Counted from the first letter of the stretch, positions 37,339 to 62,050 are shown. The stretch: DNA of 64,000 nucleotides from Tubiluchus corallicola (GCA_030141605.1 JAQGDQ010000001.1:2356001-2420000); one strand, 5' to 3'. The notes: generated from the letters alone by a model not told the origin. Translations and numbers: made by a program.

Positions 37339-40300
37339 CCGCGACAGTAGGTTGCAAGTTGTAGGTTTTAGCAGTTGAGCCAGCACCAGACTTCATTTCC
37401 CTGGTGAATCGTGACAGCCATTTTCAAATCTGAGGCATTGATTTTGGCTTTGCTACACAGAGTTTTGCATATGGCTTCTTCGTTGATTTGGAGGTTCTGG
37501 TGGCCATCTTAGCTGAAGCTAGCTTTAATAGTGACTTTTGCCCTAAATGTGAACCAGAAAGAACCTTAAACCTTGTTGTAGGACAAAAGGACAAATTAAT
37601 TAATGTTGTGCTACTTTGAGACTTTGTATTAATTATTTATTTTCGAAATTGAAGCAGCAGTTGATGTATTTTTTAGGAGACTGTTTTAACTGACATGGCA
37701 ATTGTTTGTTGGCATTAATTTTACTCCCGTGCATTTGCTCTCTTTGTCCAAAAGCTTGCACGGAAGCTCTCAGCATCTTAAAGATTTTCAGTTTGGTGAT
37801 AAATGCGTCTAAACTCTATGGGTTATCACACATTAGAAATAGATAGACAAACAGCAAATATTAAGTCTGTGACCACTAGTTTGCACTTTATGTATTAATT
37901 TGAATTGTTCATACATTTGCTTTAATCAAAGAGAAATATTTCATTTTTTGTGGTTTTCTTTCCCTTTATTAATGTTTCTCATGGTTACGTTTTCACATGT
38001 TTTTAACATTTTATTAAATCAGCATTATTTGGATTTTTATTTATATTCATATGCATTTGTTTATTTATTTTGTGCCTATCATATTAGTACTTTGCCAACT
38101 GGGCATCGCGCACACAGTAGCAACTTTTTCGTAAAATGACATGGTTGTGGCGTGACCAGAATCTAGTTAATTATCAAGGATAAACTGCTAAGACAAGACG
38201 CTGACCCCATGAGTAGTGTGTTTGGAACATTCGGATGAGTATAAATTATCCCTCAACGAAATAATGTACGAAAGGTAGCTGGGAACGGTTGGGTAGGTAA
38301 AGGCAATGAGAAGCAATTTTTGATTACTTATCCATTTACTGATGTGACCTAGTGCTGCTTAATTTAAGTGACAAACTTGAAGGGAATTGCAACACGTCTT
38401 CTTATTTGTGATATTAATAATCACTCATAACGTGTTGTATTAGCAGTTGTCAGTTATTTTTTATTTGGCTGTAGCAACTGTAAGAGTAATTTGCCATTAT
38501 TTGGTATAGCTAATCCTACCCTCGCAAGTACTTCGTGAGACAGATATTAACAAAAACGTTTAGACATGTAGTGGTAAGTTCTGCTGTGTGATAAGACCTG
38601 TTGTCAGAAATATGCTTTTTTCATTGATTTTTCTTGTAATTACCAAATCAGTGAGCGTAGTGTGGCTCTGTAAAGGTACCCAAGGCATTCCTGATTAAAG
38701 ACACAAATGTAATACATTTTAATGGATTACTGGTCATGTCATTCCTTGTCTAATTGGCAGGCCATTTCAAAGCGTTTTGTTGCATATTTAACTGCGATTA
38801 GTCAGATATTAATTACCTTAAGAAGCAGTCATCAAAGATAAGGTGCTGTGTGCGTTTCAAGCCCTCGCGTCATGACGTTTTTGGCAAATACATGTACAAT
38901 GTAGTACATGTATTTGTACATGTAGTCATAAGTTAGGCTTATTGTGTGATGTGCATAAGTGCAGCTGTGAAAGATAAACATCGAATAATTATTTTGTAAA
39001 TCTGTATTTAATTTGTATACTATAATTTAGTAGCTGTAGTACTAGCTATTAGTAATAGTAGTTTGAAAATGTACACATTATGTAGCCTGCTGCAGAAGAT
39101 TATGTAGTTTTCCGATATCTGCTGCGCTTTAGTGCCAGCAGGGCAAACCGCATCCGCTTTGAGGCACAGAAGCGGTAGTCTCTGAAAAGAGCACATTAGC
39201 ATACAGCTGGTTGCGATCTCAGCTCCCAGTTCTGCTGTTCAGCTGATGCTAAAACGAACGTGTGATGTTCGAGCAAAGACACATCACATGAGAGAACTAG
39301 ATAAAACACACACGTGTAAAGAAAAGTTACAGCCTGTTTTTTTTTGTTTGAGTCGATTTTGCTGTAACTGGCGCTGAGAGAGGTCTTGAGCTGCTGATTC
39401 TTCAGCCCGTGTTTTTTATAAACGATGTTTTAATGAATTTCATTAAAAACTGAGTTAGGACAACCTGGACAAGCAACACTAATACGCCCACTGAGAAGAA
39501 AACGTGTTAGTCTTATAAGATGAAATTATATCTCCCTCACCCTAGTTACGTAGCTGTGTTTGGGACCTCTTATCAAGCGAGCCTAACTGTCCAAAAGTTA
39601 CGAATCGTAACTACATTACTTAGAATTATATTTCTTCTGTGTGTTTTTTATTTTCTTGCATAATCTTTATTGTGTCATTTTGTCATATCTGACACGGACG
39701 TTGTTTATAGACATGGACCCAAAGCAGTCTCAGTGAGGCACACCGGCTCATCCGGCTATATTCGTTTTCTGAGCATGTTAATCTTTTCAGTGCCAAAACT
39801 AATATTAATACTCTCAATATTGTACTGAGCGACGTTACTGAGCGTACTGTACTGAGCAAAGTTACATTTATTGTAATTACGTGCTAAGTATAGTACTGCA
39901 ATGTAATATACCAGCGCTGTATCATATTACGACACGCGGTTTTTGTTTTTATGTACATTATGAAGACGAGTTAACAGTTACATAATGGAATGAAATTAGA
40001 CATTGACAGTAAGTGCACAATATTCTGGATTTAAACATCTTGCCTAAATCACTATTGTTTTTTTTCTTTTTAACAGCCGACTGGATCAAAAACTTTTACT
40101 GGGAGATACTGAGATTTTCTAATTTGTAAAAAGGGCTCACTGAAAAACACCTGTTTAATCCTAAAGTGTTGTCAACGAAATGAAATAGAAGTAAAGCGCA
40201 TAAAGTATTCGATATATTTACTGAACGTTGTTTCATTTAGTAATTTTTATAATAAAAATGAGAGTCTCATTCATAAAACAACTAATCCAAGCAATTTGCA

Positions 40301-42013
40301 AAAGATAATCTGATATTGTTTTCAAAGTATAATTAAAATTATAACTTGTGAATTTTTAATGATTCAAAATTAATCAAGTAGACAATAGGGGATCTAGAAA
40401 ACTGGTTCGATTTTTTATATGAGGTAAGGAATAATTATTTCATAAAGCAAATTTTTATCAAATATATTTGAGATAGCTCATTTGATATCCAAAAGCGAAT
40501 TTTTACAATAATTCTATGCATTTAAATGAAATAATATTTTAGCTTATTGAGAGCACATTTGTAGCAACAAAATTTGGTGAGTAACTTGTCATGAAAGCAA
40601 TTGAAATGTGCTTCTGTGCTCTAATCACGAAAGGCATATTTCTTGAAAAACTTAATATCTCATAAGCCAAAACATTCGAAAGAATGGAAAAAACTTTTGC
40701 TTCATGAAACAAGAAATAATATTATTCGTTATTTACCAAAAGAAATACTTTCAAAGACACTCTTTAAAATCTGAGAATCTATTCAATACTAGTTCTTTTC
40801 AATTAGTAGTTTATTAGTTAGTTAGATTATTGATTGACATTTTATGGTATATGGAATTAATTAAACTATAAAAGTAACAGTATTAGAAAAAACTGTTGAA
40901 GTGTGCAACATTATCACCTGCTTTATCATTTAAAATTTTTGAGGAAAGCAACAAGTCAAAGAGAAATACTTTGTTGAATTCATTAAGTCAAACACATTAT
41001 TAAAGAATTGATCTAAAATGTTAAGCAAGTTGACAATCTGACAACACATGTTCCTCACTTGTACATCTCTACCACATGTACCAAAGTATTTGGCTATAGG
41101 GAATTCTACTCCAGCTGCTAATTTCCACTTTTAAACGACATGATGACAGTCTTGTAGGTGCAGCTGCTATTCTGCAATGTTCTAACAAATAAAGATTTAT
41201 AGCATACAAACCTCCCTGATATAGTCTTGTGTACGCGTTTGGCCTTGTTTTATCCTTTACACTATTCCTTTCAACTTAGATAAATTCAGTTTCTTGTATA
41301 CTGCTAGACATAGTAATATATATATTACATAAGTGTTCTCTGGCATTTTACTAATTTTAAAACCCGGACACAACTGGACATTATTTGATTTATAAGCTTA
41401 CATATTTTGAATGTGGTGAACGTCACATTGGCACCCGCTGTTAAATTTTTCGTTTATCGTTAATAGAATTTCGCCAGAATGAATCCAGAAGAATTCAAAT
41501 CCATGTCAATACTTAAACTCCAAACAACCTATAAAGTAAGACCATCTTCTATTGTGAGCCTTTCTTTGCATACATTTTCTGAGAAGATTAATAACCTCGG
41601 CGATCGCATTCTCATCATCTGTAATAGGTTTTCGTTTATCAATCTTTTTGATTTTTGGTCATTTTTTGTCATGGTCGATAGGACTAGTAATCATGAACTA
41701 AGTTTACTTGGGTGCCTATTTTGCCTAGATTGCTTACTTTCATTTTTTCTTAGATTTTCTTTCATTTTGGTATCATGAGAATATCAAGTTTTTCCAACAA
41801 GTTTTTGGCTATGTGTTAAGTCGTAGTAATGTTCATTTTCAACACTCAAATTCATGCTTTCGAGTTTGGAATATTAGAATTTCAAATAAATTGTGCTATA
41901 ATTCAGTAATTTATATATAGCTACTTTTAAATGTCTTGCATGTACTGCCTTGTAAGCTCAAAAACAAAACTGATCTTATTTGATGATAATAATGGTTTTG
42001 CTCTTATTTTCAG

Positions 42014-52439
<10,426 letters not shown>

Positions 52440-54990
52440 TCAAAATTTATAAATGATGTGTATTTGACGTGATAGTCTTATACATAATGCTGATTTAGCT
52501 TTGATGAGCTGGAAAATTATGCCAAACAATTTTTGTGATTGTAGTTGTTTTTCTCAAATACTGTGCAAACGGAAGTCGACTTCAGCCATGTGCTTTATAC
52601 TCAGATTATGTGGTGTCGTGTTTTGTGAAAAACAATAAACCTTGTGCTTGCTAATTACTACAGAACTATAATTTCACACTGCGGTATTTTATTCAAGCAG
52701 CATAGTACAAATTAACAATCTATTATTGAGACATAAACCAAAAAATCTCGCCTTGGTGAAGAAGCCATTCAGTGGCAGTTTCTGTGATTACTAATTCAAT
52801 CCAACCATATATATCAACACAGATTTTTAGACTTGTTTTTTATTTTTTGTTTTTGCCACAAAACATAAGAAGTGGTTATGCGCACGTAGACCTTGTTTGT
52901 AAAAATCGTGAAGGTGGCTGTGTTGTCCTTTTTGAGGCAAAAAATGGATGCGAAACAACGTGGTGTTAGCCTTTATTCTGATAACTGTACTTTGATGCAC
53001 TATACTAGAGTACTTTATTGTTTATACCAGTTTTGTATAATTCATAATTCAAAGTGCACCATTCTGAGCTCAAACTTGTTAAAAAAAATCATACCCTGCT
53101 TTCATAATGCAAGGACTTTTTTGCTTTTTTGCTAAGTTGTGACATTTTCACTAAAAACCTAAGTTGAATGAAGCTGTGAGTTCACCTTTTCTTCCTTTTC
53201 TTATGGTAAGCCAAATCCTTGAATCAAGCAAACAAATCAGGGATTTTACACAAAAGTGTAGAATTTGGGTAATTTTAACCACAACTTTATGCGATTTAGG
53301 TCTGATTTGATAGTAGAATTGATGCTGAATGTGCTATGCAGAAATCAAATTAATATTTTACAGAAAGCCGATTTGTCTATTTGTGTATAAGTGTTTAACT
53401 TGGCTTTTTGACAGGCCTTTTTGTTGATATGTCTTTTAAAAACAGAGTTGATGAGTTGAGTTATTAATATAGGCATTGTGATATGCAGACCTTCATACGG
53501 CTTTATCCATCCCGTATATTTATAATTTTGGGTCAGCTAATCCAGTCTCTGGGCATTGTTTAATGGCTTTCATTAGGTTTTATTGGAAACAGTTTGCAAA
53601 ATATTTGTTTTTATCACATTTTTCAATATTAGACAAAAATTTTGAAACTTTTTTATGGTTGTGTTTGTTATTGTTGTGTAAAAACTGAAAATTGGTAGAA
53701 ATGTTGACAAATGTATAACATTGTTCCTTATGCAATTTGACTATAGGTTTTGATTGTGTATATAGACATTGACAGCGTGCAGGTAAATTCTATCTAGAAA
53801 TCTTTTTTATCCCATTGTACCATTGAGACCAAAATACCATTGGAAGGTTTTGCACTCTACAGGAGTACCACATGGTATTTCTTTAATATGGTCCTTAATT
53901 TTTTAATATTTTGACTGATTTACTAATATGAGTATGCAGAATCTATGCATATTTTTGAACTATTTCTGTAGTATGCTTGAAATTCAGATCACCTTTGATT
54001 AAAACGATATTTGTCAACTTTTGAGAGAAAGCTAATTTACTTTAGCATAAATGTGAATTCACATTTTTACCAGTAGGTTATGATTGAAAGTTAACTGTTG
54101 ATTCAGTGTAATTTACTTCGTCAAATTTTTTTTCTGTTTGAATTATTTCATACTTGCTTTACCAAGTACATTTATATAATAAGAAGAATGTGAGCGGAAG
54201 GTGTTACTTACATCTGTTATGGTCTTGTAACAAGTCAGTTAGACTCGTTTTATAGTATTACTCTTTAAAATTTTTGTGCTTTTTGTTCGGTGTGTCTCCG
54301 CTTTTGGGGGTTTATATTTCTCAAAATTAACTTTAGAATTGCTGCAATTGATGTTGTGTTAGGCCTGACACATTGTCATGTTAAAGCAAATGGAACAAGA
54401 AAGCTAGTAAGGGTACTTTAAGTTTAAGGGCTACTAATGTATCCATTGTTTTCTTGGAACGTTTTGCATTGTTTTTCTGTAATTACTGTCTGTGTATAGT
54501 GTCAATCTACTTTTTGATGGACAACAGTGTTAAATCATTGGCAATTACTATTTGTTAAACTATGTTTATTGTTATTTTGCATCAGTTCATTCCTTCTTTT
54601 ACTTTAACAACCATAGCAAGTGGGCTAAAAGGATAATACATCTTCGTCATAGCTTATGGATAGATATTAATATTTTCTTGCTTCTCTAACACACAGGTGA
54701 AAAGCATTGTGCATGTAACAACAGTAACATGGTTTGTTGATTGATGGCAGACTAAACCGCCCATACTCATTATTAATATTAATTTGATTTTAGTAAAATT
54801 TTGACATTAAATTTTTGCAGTGTAGTTGAGCATGGCCCACAATATATTTTTGCAATTTATGCCAATAGTTTCTTTTGTATTTATCTTAAAATGCGATACT
54901 GGATTCATATTGTGAACTTGTTTGTTGTAGCAATGGCTGAGATTTTGTAATATAAGTGCTCATGTGAATAAAAATTCTATATTTTTGGAC
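52440..54990 (+). other. Probable long Su(H) 3' UTR; AATAAA at 52634-52639 and 54967-54972
   Basis: T-rich non-coding stretch after the stop codon with no recognisable TE. The distal AATAAA is followed by U-rich sequence. Confidence 0.5.
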
Positions 54991-56099
54991 TTTTCCATCT
55001 TAGATTTTATTATTACTCTTTGACTAATAACAAAATTATGAACATAGAAATTTTTTATAATGGAATCGTGCATTACATCACAATGGTCGTCCCTTGGGGT
55101 AGTGCTCGGACAATTTTTTTCAGAGAAAAGGTTTTTTCAAAAATAAACAGTTTTTTATACCTCAATTTTCGGGTGTTTTAATATTAACTTTTATTGATAC
55201 CTGTTAATTTAATAAATATAAATTATATGAATTCTATTTTTTTATATTTAGTGTTCATTTGTTCTAAATACTAATAATATAGGCACAGCAACACCTTTTC
55301 AATCGTAATTATAATGAGCATAGCAATAGAAGAAACGATTGTCAGCTGAGATCGAAAGGTAGCCTTGTAAGAGCTGAAGAACTTTTGTTCGGTTATGTAA
55401 GAGATTATGCTTTATGAAAGAGATTGAGATGAGCAAGAGTGAATGCGCGTGCGAACGTTGTGGTAAGTAAACCGATGCAGTATTAAAGTGTCAGTATTGT
55501 ATGCTTTAGTATTATATACTACTACATTATTGTCATGATCATTATAATTAATTTAGTACACGCGTAGAAATCCTGTAATTTTTCCACAAAATAAGCGTCA
55601 GTCAAAGACTAGGGTTGTTAGTTTACTACTTGGTACCGGCTTGCCGCGGCAATCGCCACGGAAGATATTATTCCATTTGTTCACCGCTCTCACAGTGAAA
55701 ATTAATGAATGTCAAGACAAGAAATGTTTTAAACTGTCCTCTAGTTTTTGAATCAAGTTCAATCAATGACTAAAAAATTCTTCAGGCAAGATGTTTCATT
55801 CCCTAGTGAGTATTAAACCTCAATAAGATTTCCACTTTGTCAGACCGGCATCTTCTTAATTAATTCATGTGTGGTCACTGGTCAAATTGCAATGTACTTT
55901 AATCTCTCCGAGAATTTTAGAAGCAAATATTGCCTCGAAGCAAGTGTTTGCACTCCTTCTATATACAATATATCTGAATTCAGATACTTTTACCTTTGTA
56001 GTTTGTATAGGTGCTTTGCACACTAATAAGATGCTTTAGTAGTTGATTGGTCATGGTCGATATTTTATGGTAAATTAAATCGGGCTGAGTTGAATCGGT

Positions 56100-56352
56100 T
56101 CCATTCCACGAAGGTCATTTCTGACTTTACAGATCACAAAGTAATCCTCGCACGCGCTCCACTTTGATTGGCTGAGCTTTCGTCAAGTGGTTTAAGCATA
56201 TTATTTCTGTATGTGTTAGACGTTACGGACTGATCATGCGCGGAGTGTGTTTCGGTTCGTCATTTTAGTACTTTCTTAGACTTCGAACTGTTCTTAGGCC
56301 CGGTGATATTTGATGTGATTAAACGTGCTTGTAGTACTAGTTAAAAACGATA
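56100..56352 (+). promoter_or_regulatory. Probable promoter/5' UTR of the downstream gene
   Basis: CpG-enriched; inverted CCAAT box (tgattggctg, 56166-56175) upstream of the ATG at 56353. Confidence 0.45.
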
Positions 56353-56658
56353 ATGGGTCGGCCATTTAGTAGTTGTATTTTCGGTATAATCTTTTTTTTC
56401 GTCTGCCTAATTATTAATGCTGGTGGCGATGCTGATAGCTCATATATAAATCCGGTGGAAACATATGCATACAAACAATCTTACCGTCATGATGGTGATT
56501 TGATTGACGTTTCTTTTGATCATCATTTTGTTAACATACCAAGAACCGATGATGACATTTTTACAGTAATCAATGAATTAAATTTAAATCACCATCCTTC
56601 CAAAGCCATATCTGTGAAATGTACGCCTGGTGGTGCTTCATGCAATGTGTCTGCAAAG
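56353..56658 (+). CDS. Probable first coding exon (102 aa) of an unidentified secreted or membrane protein
   Basis: ataATGG start context; hydrophobic signal-peptide-like N-terminus (MGRPFSSCIFGIIFFFVCLIINAGG); a complex hydrophilic sequence with a Cys pair and an N-V-S sequon; strong phase-0 donor AAG|GTAATA. Confidence 0.65.
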
Positions 56659-57304
56659 GTAATACAAATACTAGTAATAGTTTTGTTTAAAATTAACAAG
56701 TACTTGTGTCTTCTGTGTTCGCAATATCACCCATAGGCTTATGGAGTTATGCATGTATGTTAATTTTAACAACAACACAAGTTATATATGTTGTGCTAAA
56801 TTTCAAACTTAAAGTTAAGCTAAGGCAAGTTAGATTTTAAAACCATAAATGCTGATGTAGTTTAATGTTTGCAACTTTAATAATGACAAACTCGTATCTC
56901 GCTTTACATAACAAAAGTGGAGAGACGTCGGTCTGAACTTGCTGATTGTCCGTATTTGCCGATACTAAGCTAACACAGTAGGCACCGGGTATTAGATTCA
57001 CAGTAATGTTGAATCGATCATCTGATTGTATCAAAAATGTTTAGTACATGCCACTCCTGTGCATATAGAAACTGTTGGCAATTGACTCATATAACTCTGC
57101 ATAACGGCCTCTGTATTTTCGACTGTTTATCTGACTCTGATTAAACCATTTAAGCATGCTGACTAAACCGCTTAAACATGCTGACGTACATGCTACACAG
57201 GTGTCGTTACACGCTGCTAGGTTACACTGAAGTAAGGATATAAACAAAGTGACGGCTTGCCAGCTAGTAGTCAGTCCTGCGAAACAACGGACTGTGCCTG
57301 TAGT

Positions 57305-57370
57305 TGCCGGACTTTATAGGCTCCAGATTTTGTCCGATTCTTCCAATATCCGTAAAAGCGAGTCCGGCAA
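57305..57370. repeat. Short inverted repeat (ttgccggact ... agtccggcaa), possible MITE remnant
   Basis: Perfect 10-bp inverted repeat with a 46-bp spacer. Confidence 0.5.
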
Positions 57371-58416
57371 ATCGATATATGAGTGTATAAAAGTCGCTTA
57401 TTAATGCTGCTTAATTAGGCTTACCAGATGCTCCATGACTGCTTTCCTAACCGCCCCAATTAAATGTACAGTACTACACCATATGGAAAAAGCTAATCTC
57501 TTGTTTAGTCATAGAGGGCTGCATTATAGTCCCCAGGAGCCATCTCTAGCCAATTGGTTTGGATTGAATTGAGGAATATAGTGGGTGGCGTTATAGTTGT
57601 CAAGAGACATCTAGCGCCCGTTTCCATTGCAATACAAAAAAACAATAAAATTGTGACTTCTGCAAATTATTCAGCTCAGTGACAATTTGCAAAAATTTAC
57701 ATTTCATATTTTTAGCTTTTTATCATTTAATGTTGTTATAACAACCGTTATTATTATATTTGTTAGAAATGCCTAAAATTTTTGTAGCTTCTTTTGGTAC
57801 AAGTTTGCCAGTTGGAATAAACACAGCATTGCTACAGACAGGTGGCTTCCGAATCTAAAGACTAAAACTGGAAACGAGTGCCATTTTTTCTGTGCTTATT
57901 TTGTTTCACCGTTTTCTGCAATTCATACAAAACAATAGCCTATTGCTGTCTATTAGCCTTTTAGACACTTTAACAGTAGAGTGTCAGTTCTTTGGCTTGT
58001 CCTAATTTTTAGACTTGTTTGTCATTTTTTGTCATTATACTGCATTTTTGTTTTGTATCCTTGAAACCTCTCACAAAATTTAATCTAACAGTTTAAACTA
58101 GACTAAGCATGTGTTTCTCTGCTTCTGCTTCTTTACGTAGACATTACAATTTACATATTTGAAGATTTGCTGTACAGTTGTCTTTTATTGTGCTTCCACT
58201 AGCTAGTGCATATTATATTGTATTATCGTCAGTCAATTTCGCCCATATTTTCATGTGCCACTTTTACACTAATGGGGTTAGGGACTTAAAATGGATATTA
58301 TAAATCTTTTTGTATATAATGGCACCTTGATTCAGATTTATCTTACCAAAATGTGCATTACCAAAGTCAGGGTCATATACTGTAGGGATTGTTGATCAAG
58401 TAAAAAATGACCACTA

Positions 58417-59365
58417 TCGTAAAACGGGGTGAATAGGGACAGTTTTTACACGTATTCAAACTGCCATTAACTTTTTAGTTTTTATTCTAAATTGTGTTTG
58501 GTAATTATGTTGCCACTATCTTACATAATCTATCGTTTGAAGGTATTGTTCTTATGATAAAAAAATCATATATTGTTTTTTCTTATTTAAACCAGTGTCC
58601 CCATTAACCACGGATTTTAGGGTGAATAAGAGGGACAGCCTTATTTTTAGTTCTTGTATTCATCTTGAATTACATGAAGTGAAAAGGGACAACTTAGGTT
58701 TAAAGAATGTGCTTTAAAATCAGTTACTTTGATATCTACGATAAATTTACAAAGCTTGGTTAAAGTGCTGCTTCTAGATAGCATAATCTGTTACATATTA
58801 TCAAACATCAAAATTCGCCTTTCTCTTCAATTGATCTCATATCTTAGAACTAAACCCAACATTTCAAGGTGGGCTCCCACAATTTTTGCTCATTGTTTTG
58901 TGTTGTTCTTGGTGTTCTTTTCTTGTAATGTGCTTTAGCAGGAGTTGTTTATGTGTGTGTGTTTGTGGCATGCTGTCCGGATTCACTCCCTTATTTATAT
59001 CAAAGTAAATCTAAAACTGCTCAAAAATTTCAAAAAAGAGAGTGACTCAAAACTAGAAAAAATTGTTAGGTATTATTGAAGATAAGTCACTCAGCTGCCA
59101 GCTACAAAATAACCACATCTGGACTACTGACTATGCCTGTATTTTTTGTGTTATTGTTATTACTTTGGTTTACAGTTGCTATGGCAACCAGGATTGACTT
59201 CACAACGATGTAAAGCCCTTGGTAGATAGTGCATGCATCCGGGTGGTTTATAAAATTATGGTGAATTGTACATGGCTTATTCCTCCAATGTTGTAGGAGC
59301 TATAATAGCTTTTCTTGGGTTTTGTCCCTATTCAAACCACTGTCCCTATTCACCTCGTTTTACAA
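58417..59365. mobile_element. Tc1/mariner-superfamily (pogo/Fot1-like) MITE with TA target duplication
   Basis: TA|tcgtaaaacggggtgaatagggacagt ... actgtccctattcacctcgttttacaa|TA: 27-bp TIRs with 2 mismatches. Internal copies of the TIR core at ~58595-58640, ~58974-58990 and ~59322-59335. Confidence 0.88.
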
Positions 59366-61272
59366 TACTTAATGATTTATTATTTAACAAAGCTAAATTT
59401 GATTAAACAAGGCTCAATTCTATAGGTTTAAATATTGCTGCTCAACAACTCGGCTTGCTTACAGTGTATAGTACTGTACATATATTATAATATACTGTAT
59501 TACATATATAGTGTAAGAATTAGCAGATAAATGAAAAAGTTCCAACATTATTATGTTTATTCCAGTTGAAACAGCATGTATATCGTGTTCGCGTGTCTGG
59601 CGCCATGTGTTCTTGTTTGTTTCAAGAATGTTTCATAGAATAATTGATATTATATTGCCGTAATTTTACATTTTTATTAGTTTAATTCCAGTTACCTTTT
59701 GTCTGTTCACTAGCAAAAACTTGTCATAGCAATGATGTCATAGTGGGACATCTGTTAACACACTTACTGTAGTGTCAGGTATATCTGGCAATTGTTAAAG
59801 ATTGATTAGCCCTAGTACATTATATTGTGTCAAGTTCTTGTTCTGAAGAAATACAATCAAACCTTGACTCGTTTCATTCTTGCAGTAAGAAAACCTTTGA
59901 TCCATGCTAAAACAGCATTCACTGTTTTATGAAAAATTTGCAGTGTGTGGGGATTCAGAGCTCAAATTGCTACAGAAAATTGTCTGGCACAAATTTTGTA
60001 CCTAAATGAAAATTGGGGAACAATTCCCAATATTTATATGTAGCAGTTGACAGTGTGTAAGTTTCTGTTAGTGATTCCATGATTGGCCGACATTTTATAA
60101 GTGGTACAGAAGTGAAATACAAGGGACTTCTGTAGAGAGTCCCCAGGAGACAGATGTGACCGTCTGTTTGTGTAATTATCTTAGTAATTATCACTATTAC
60201 ACTAAATGCATTCAGTACATTTGTAAAAAAAAATTATGTAGTATATAAAGGCGGCGCAATCATGACAAATTCGTTAGCAGTTCAACCCATTTTTTGAAGC
60301 GTTACAGTAGTACAGGATATAGCTCTATCAGCAGTTGTGTCATTTTTCTGTTAGGTTACATAGTAAATTGCATACATAATCATTCTTATCTTTCTGAAAA
60401 GCAAACCATTAGCTACACGTATGTCCTGAACTGTATTGGCTTCAAGGCACACTAACAAGGCACTACATTGCAATAAATTAAATATCCATATTAGCTAAAC
60501 CGTTACTTAAAAGAAAACCGGATGATTGTGTAAACATTAGTTCAGAATAAAGAACTAAAATATTGAAAACTACAATAGCTTTTTTTAAATCATAGGCTTA
60601 GGCTAAATAATAATTACCTCGGATACTCAAATTTCGTTAAACTTTCAAAGCTACGTGCGGCTCAGTGAATCTACTAAGATTGGCAGCGGCGCCTTTTTGT
60701 CACATTTACGTGGCCGACAAATAGAAGGGGGCAGCGTGATAACCATTATCATGAACTGCAGTGTTAGTTTCTGACGTCGTATGACGTAAAGCCCATTTTC
60801 ATGACATCATGCGTTTAAACAGTAACACTTATGCAAAAATGCTTGACGCACAAGGGAAGATGCCTTCCATTGCACAAACTGTGGTTAGTTTTTGACATAA
60901 GCAATAGCTGTGTTCGGTTACCGTTAATTAACTTTCTAACCTAATTATTCAAATATAAGAAACTACTGCTAACCTTTATAGGCAAGAAAATGTATATTTT
61001 GGACAGTAAATTAAAATGAGATTGAGTCTAAACAATCGCCCGGTCTTCCTCTAAGGGCTTAAGGCTCTGCTGTTTGAAGTACTATAGAAATAAAATTTAT
61101 TATGAGCCTACTTTTCCTCAACCGTGTTCTAGTTTGATAAGATGTTTAGGCCTACTATTATCGCGGGTTTTTTAAAAGTACTGGTAAGTTTTGTAAACTG
61201 GCAGCCTTGACCAACATTTGTTAGGTTTTCATTCATGTACTTGCACCCAAGTCACACTAATAGTACATATAA

Positions 61273-62050
61273 GGCCGCGTTTCCACTGCGTCCGCACAGA
61301 TACAGACTTTTCTGTCCGCAAAAATTGTTTCCATTGGGACCGCACTCGTTATCTACTGTAGCTTTTCTCCTTCTTATTACTAATATGTTGCAGTTGATTA
61401 TGATTTTGCACGTCCGTACGTTGCAATTTTTTACAGCGTGTTTTCTAAGGTAATTTAAATAGGCTAGTTGAATTCACTACAAATAAAAAAGATATAAAGC
61501 TAACGATGTTTTGAAGCTTATTATTTTTTCCCTGTAACAGGACAACAAAGCAATGCAATTTTCAGGGCAAAGTCGAAATATTGTGGCAATAGAGAGTATA
61601 GATACATTCATATACTACAAATTTAAAAAATGCATGCGCCATAGCATCGCAAAATCAAGCCTAAATTTACAGAAACGTTAATTTAATAACAAAACTACAT
61701 ACATTCTACCTTCGGTATTAAGCTGAAAGGCAACTTCACCCCACAACTGTCTTGTAAAATCCCTGTGGGTGTATTTGGGATTACTTTTGTCATACAAGGC
61801 AGGTCTGATCTCCACAGCGTGTACGGTTTGTTCGTCCTCCGTTATTAAAATGAGCTTGTCTGTCCGCACAAAAAAGGTTGAACAATTAAAGTGCGGATCC
61901 GTGCGTATACCTGGCGTTTCTTGCGGACGCAGTGGAAATGACAGACGCGTAGAACAATGGTATTCAAAGACGGGCCATTGTATCAATTTTTTTCCGCGTG
62001 AGTCATACAGAAAAAGTCTGTGTCTATGCGGGCGCAGTGGAAACTTCGAC
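61273..62050 (-). mobile_element. Non-autonomous PIF/Harbinger-like DNA transposon, copy 2, carrying a MADF-domain exon
   Basis: TAA|ggccgcgtttccactgcg ... cgcagtggaaacttcgac|TTA. The minus-strand peptide AVEIRPALYDKSNPKYTHRDFTRQLWGEVAFQLN fits the MADF pattern and is followed by the donor GAAG|GTAGAA. Confidence 0.8.

Noticed and set aside
52498-52509. GCTTTGATGAGC, identical to the 3' half of miR-2a
   Set aside because: The seed half (TATCACAGCC) is absent and no hairpin is evident; likely chance.
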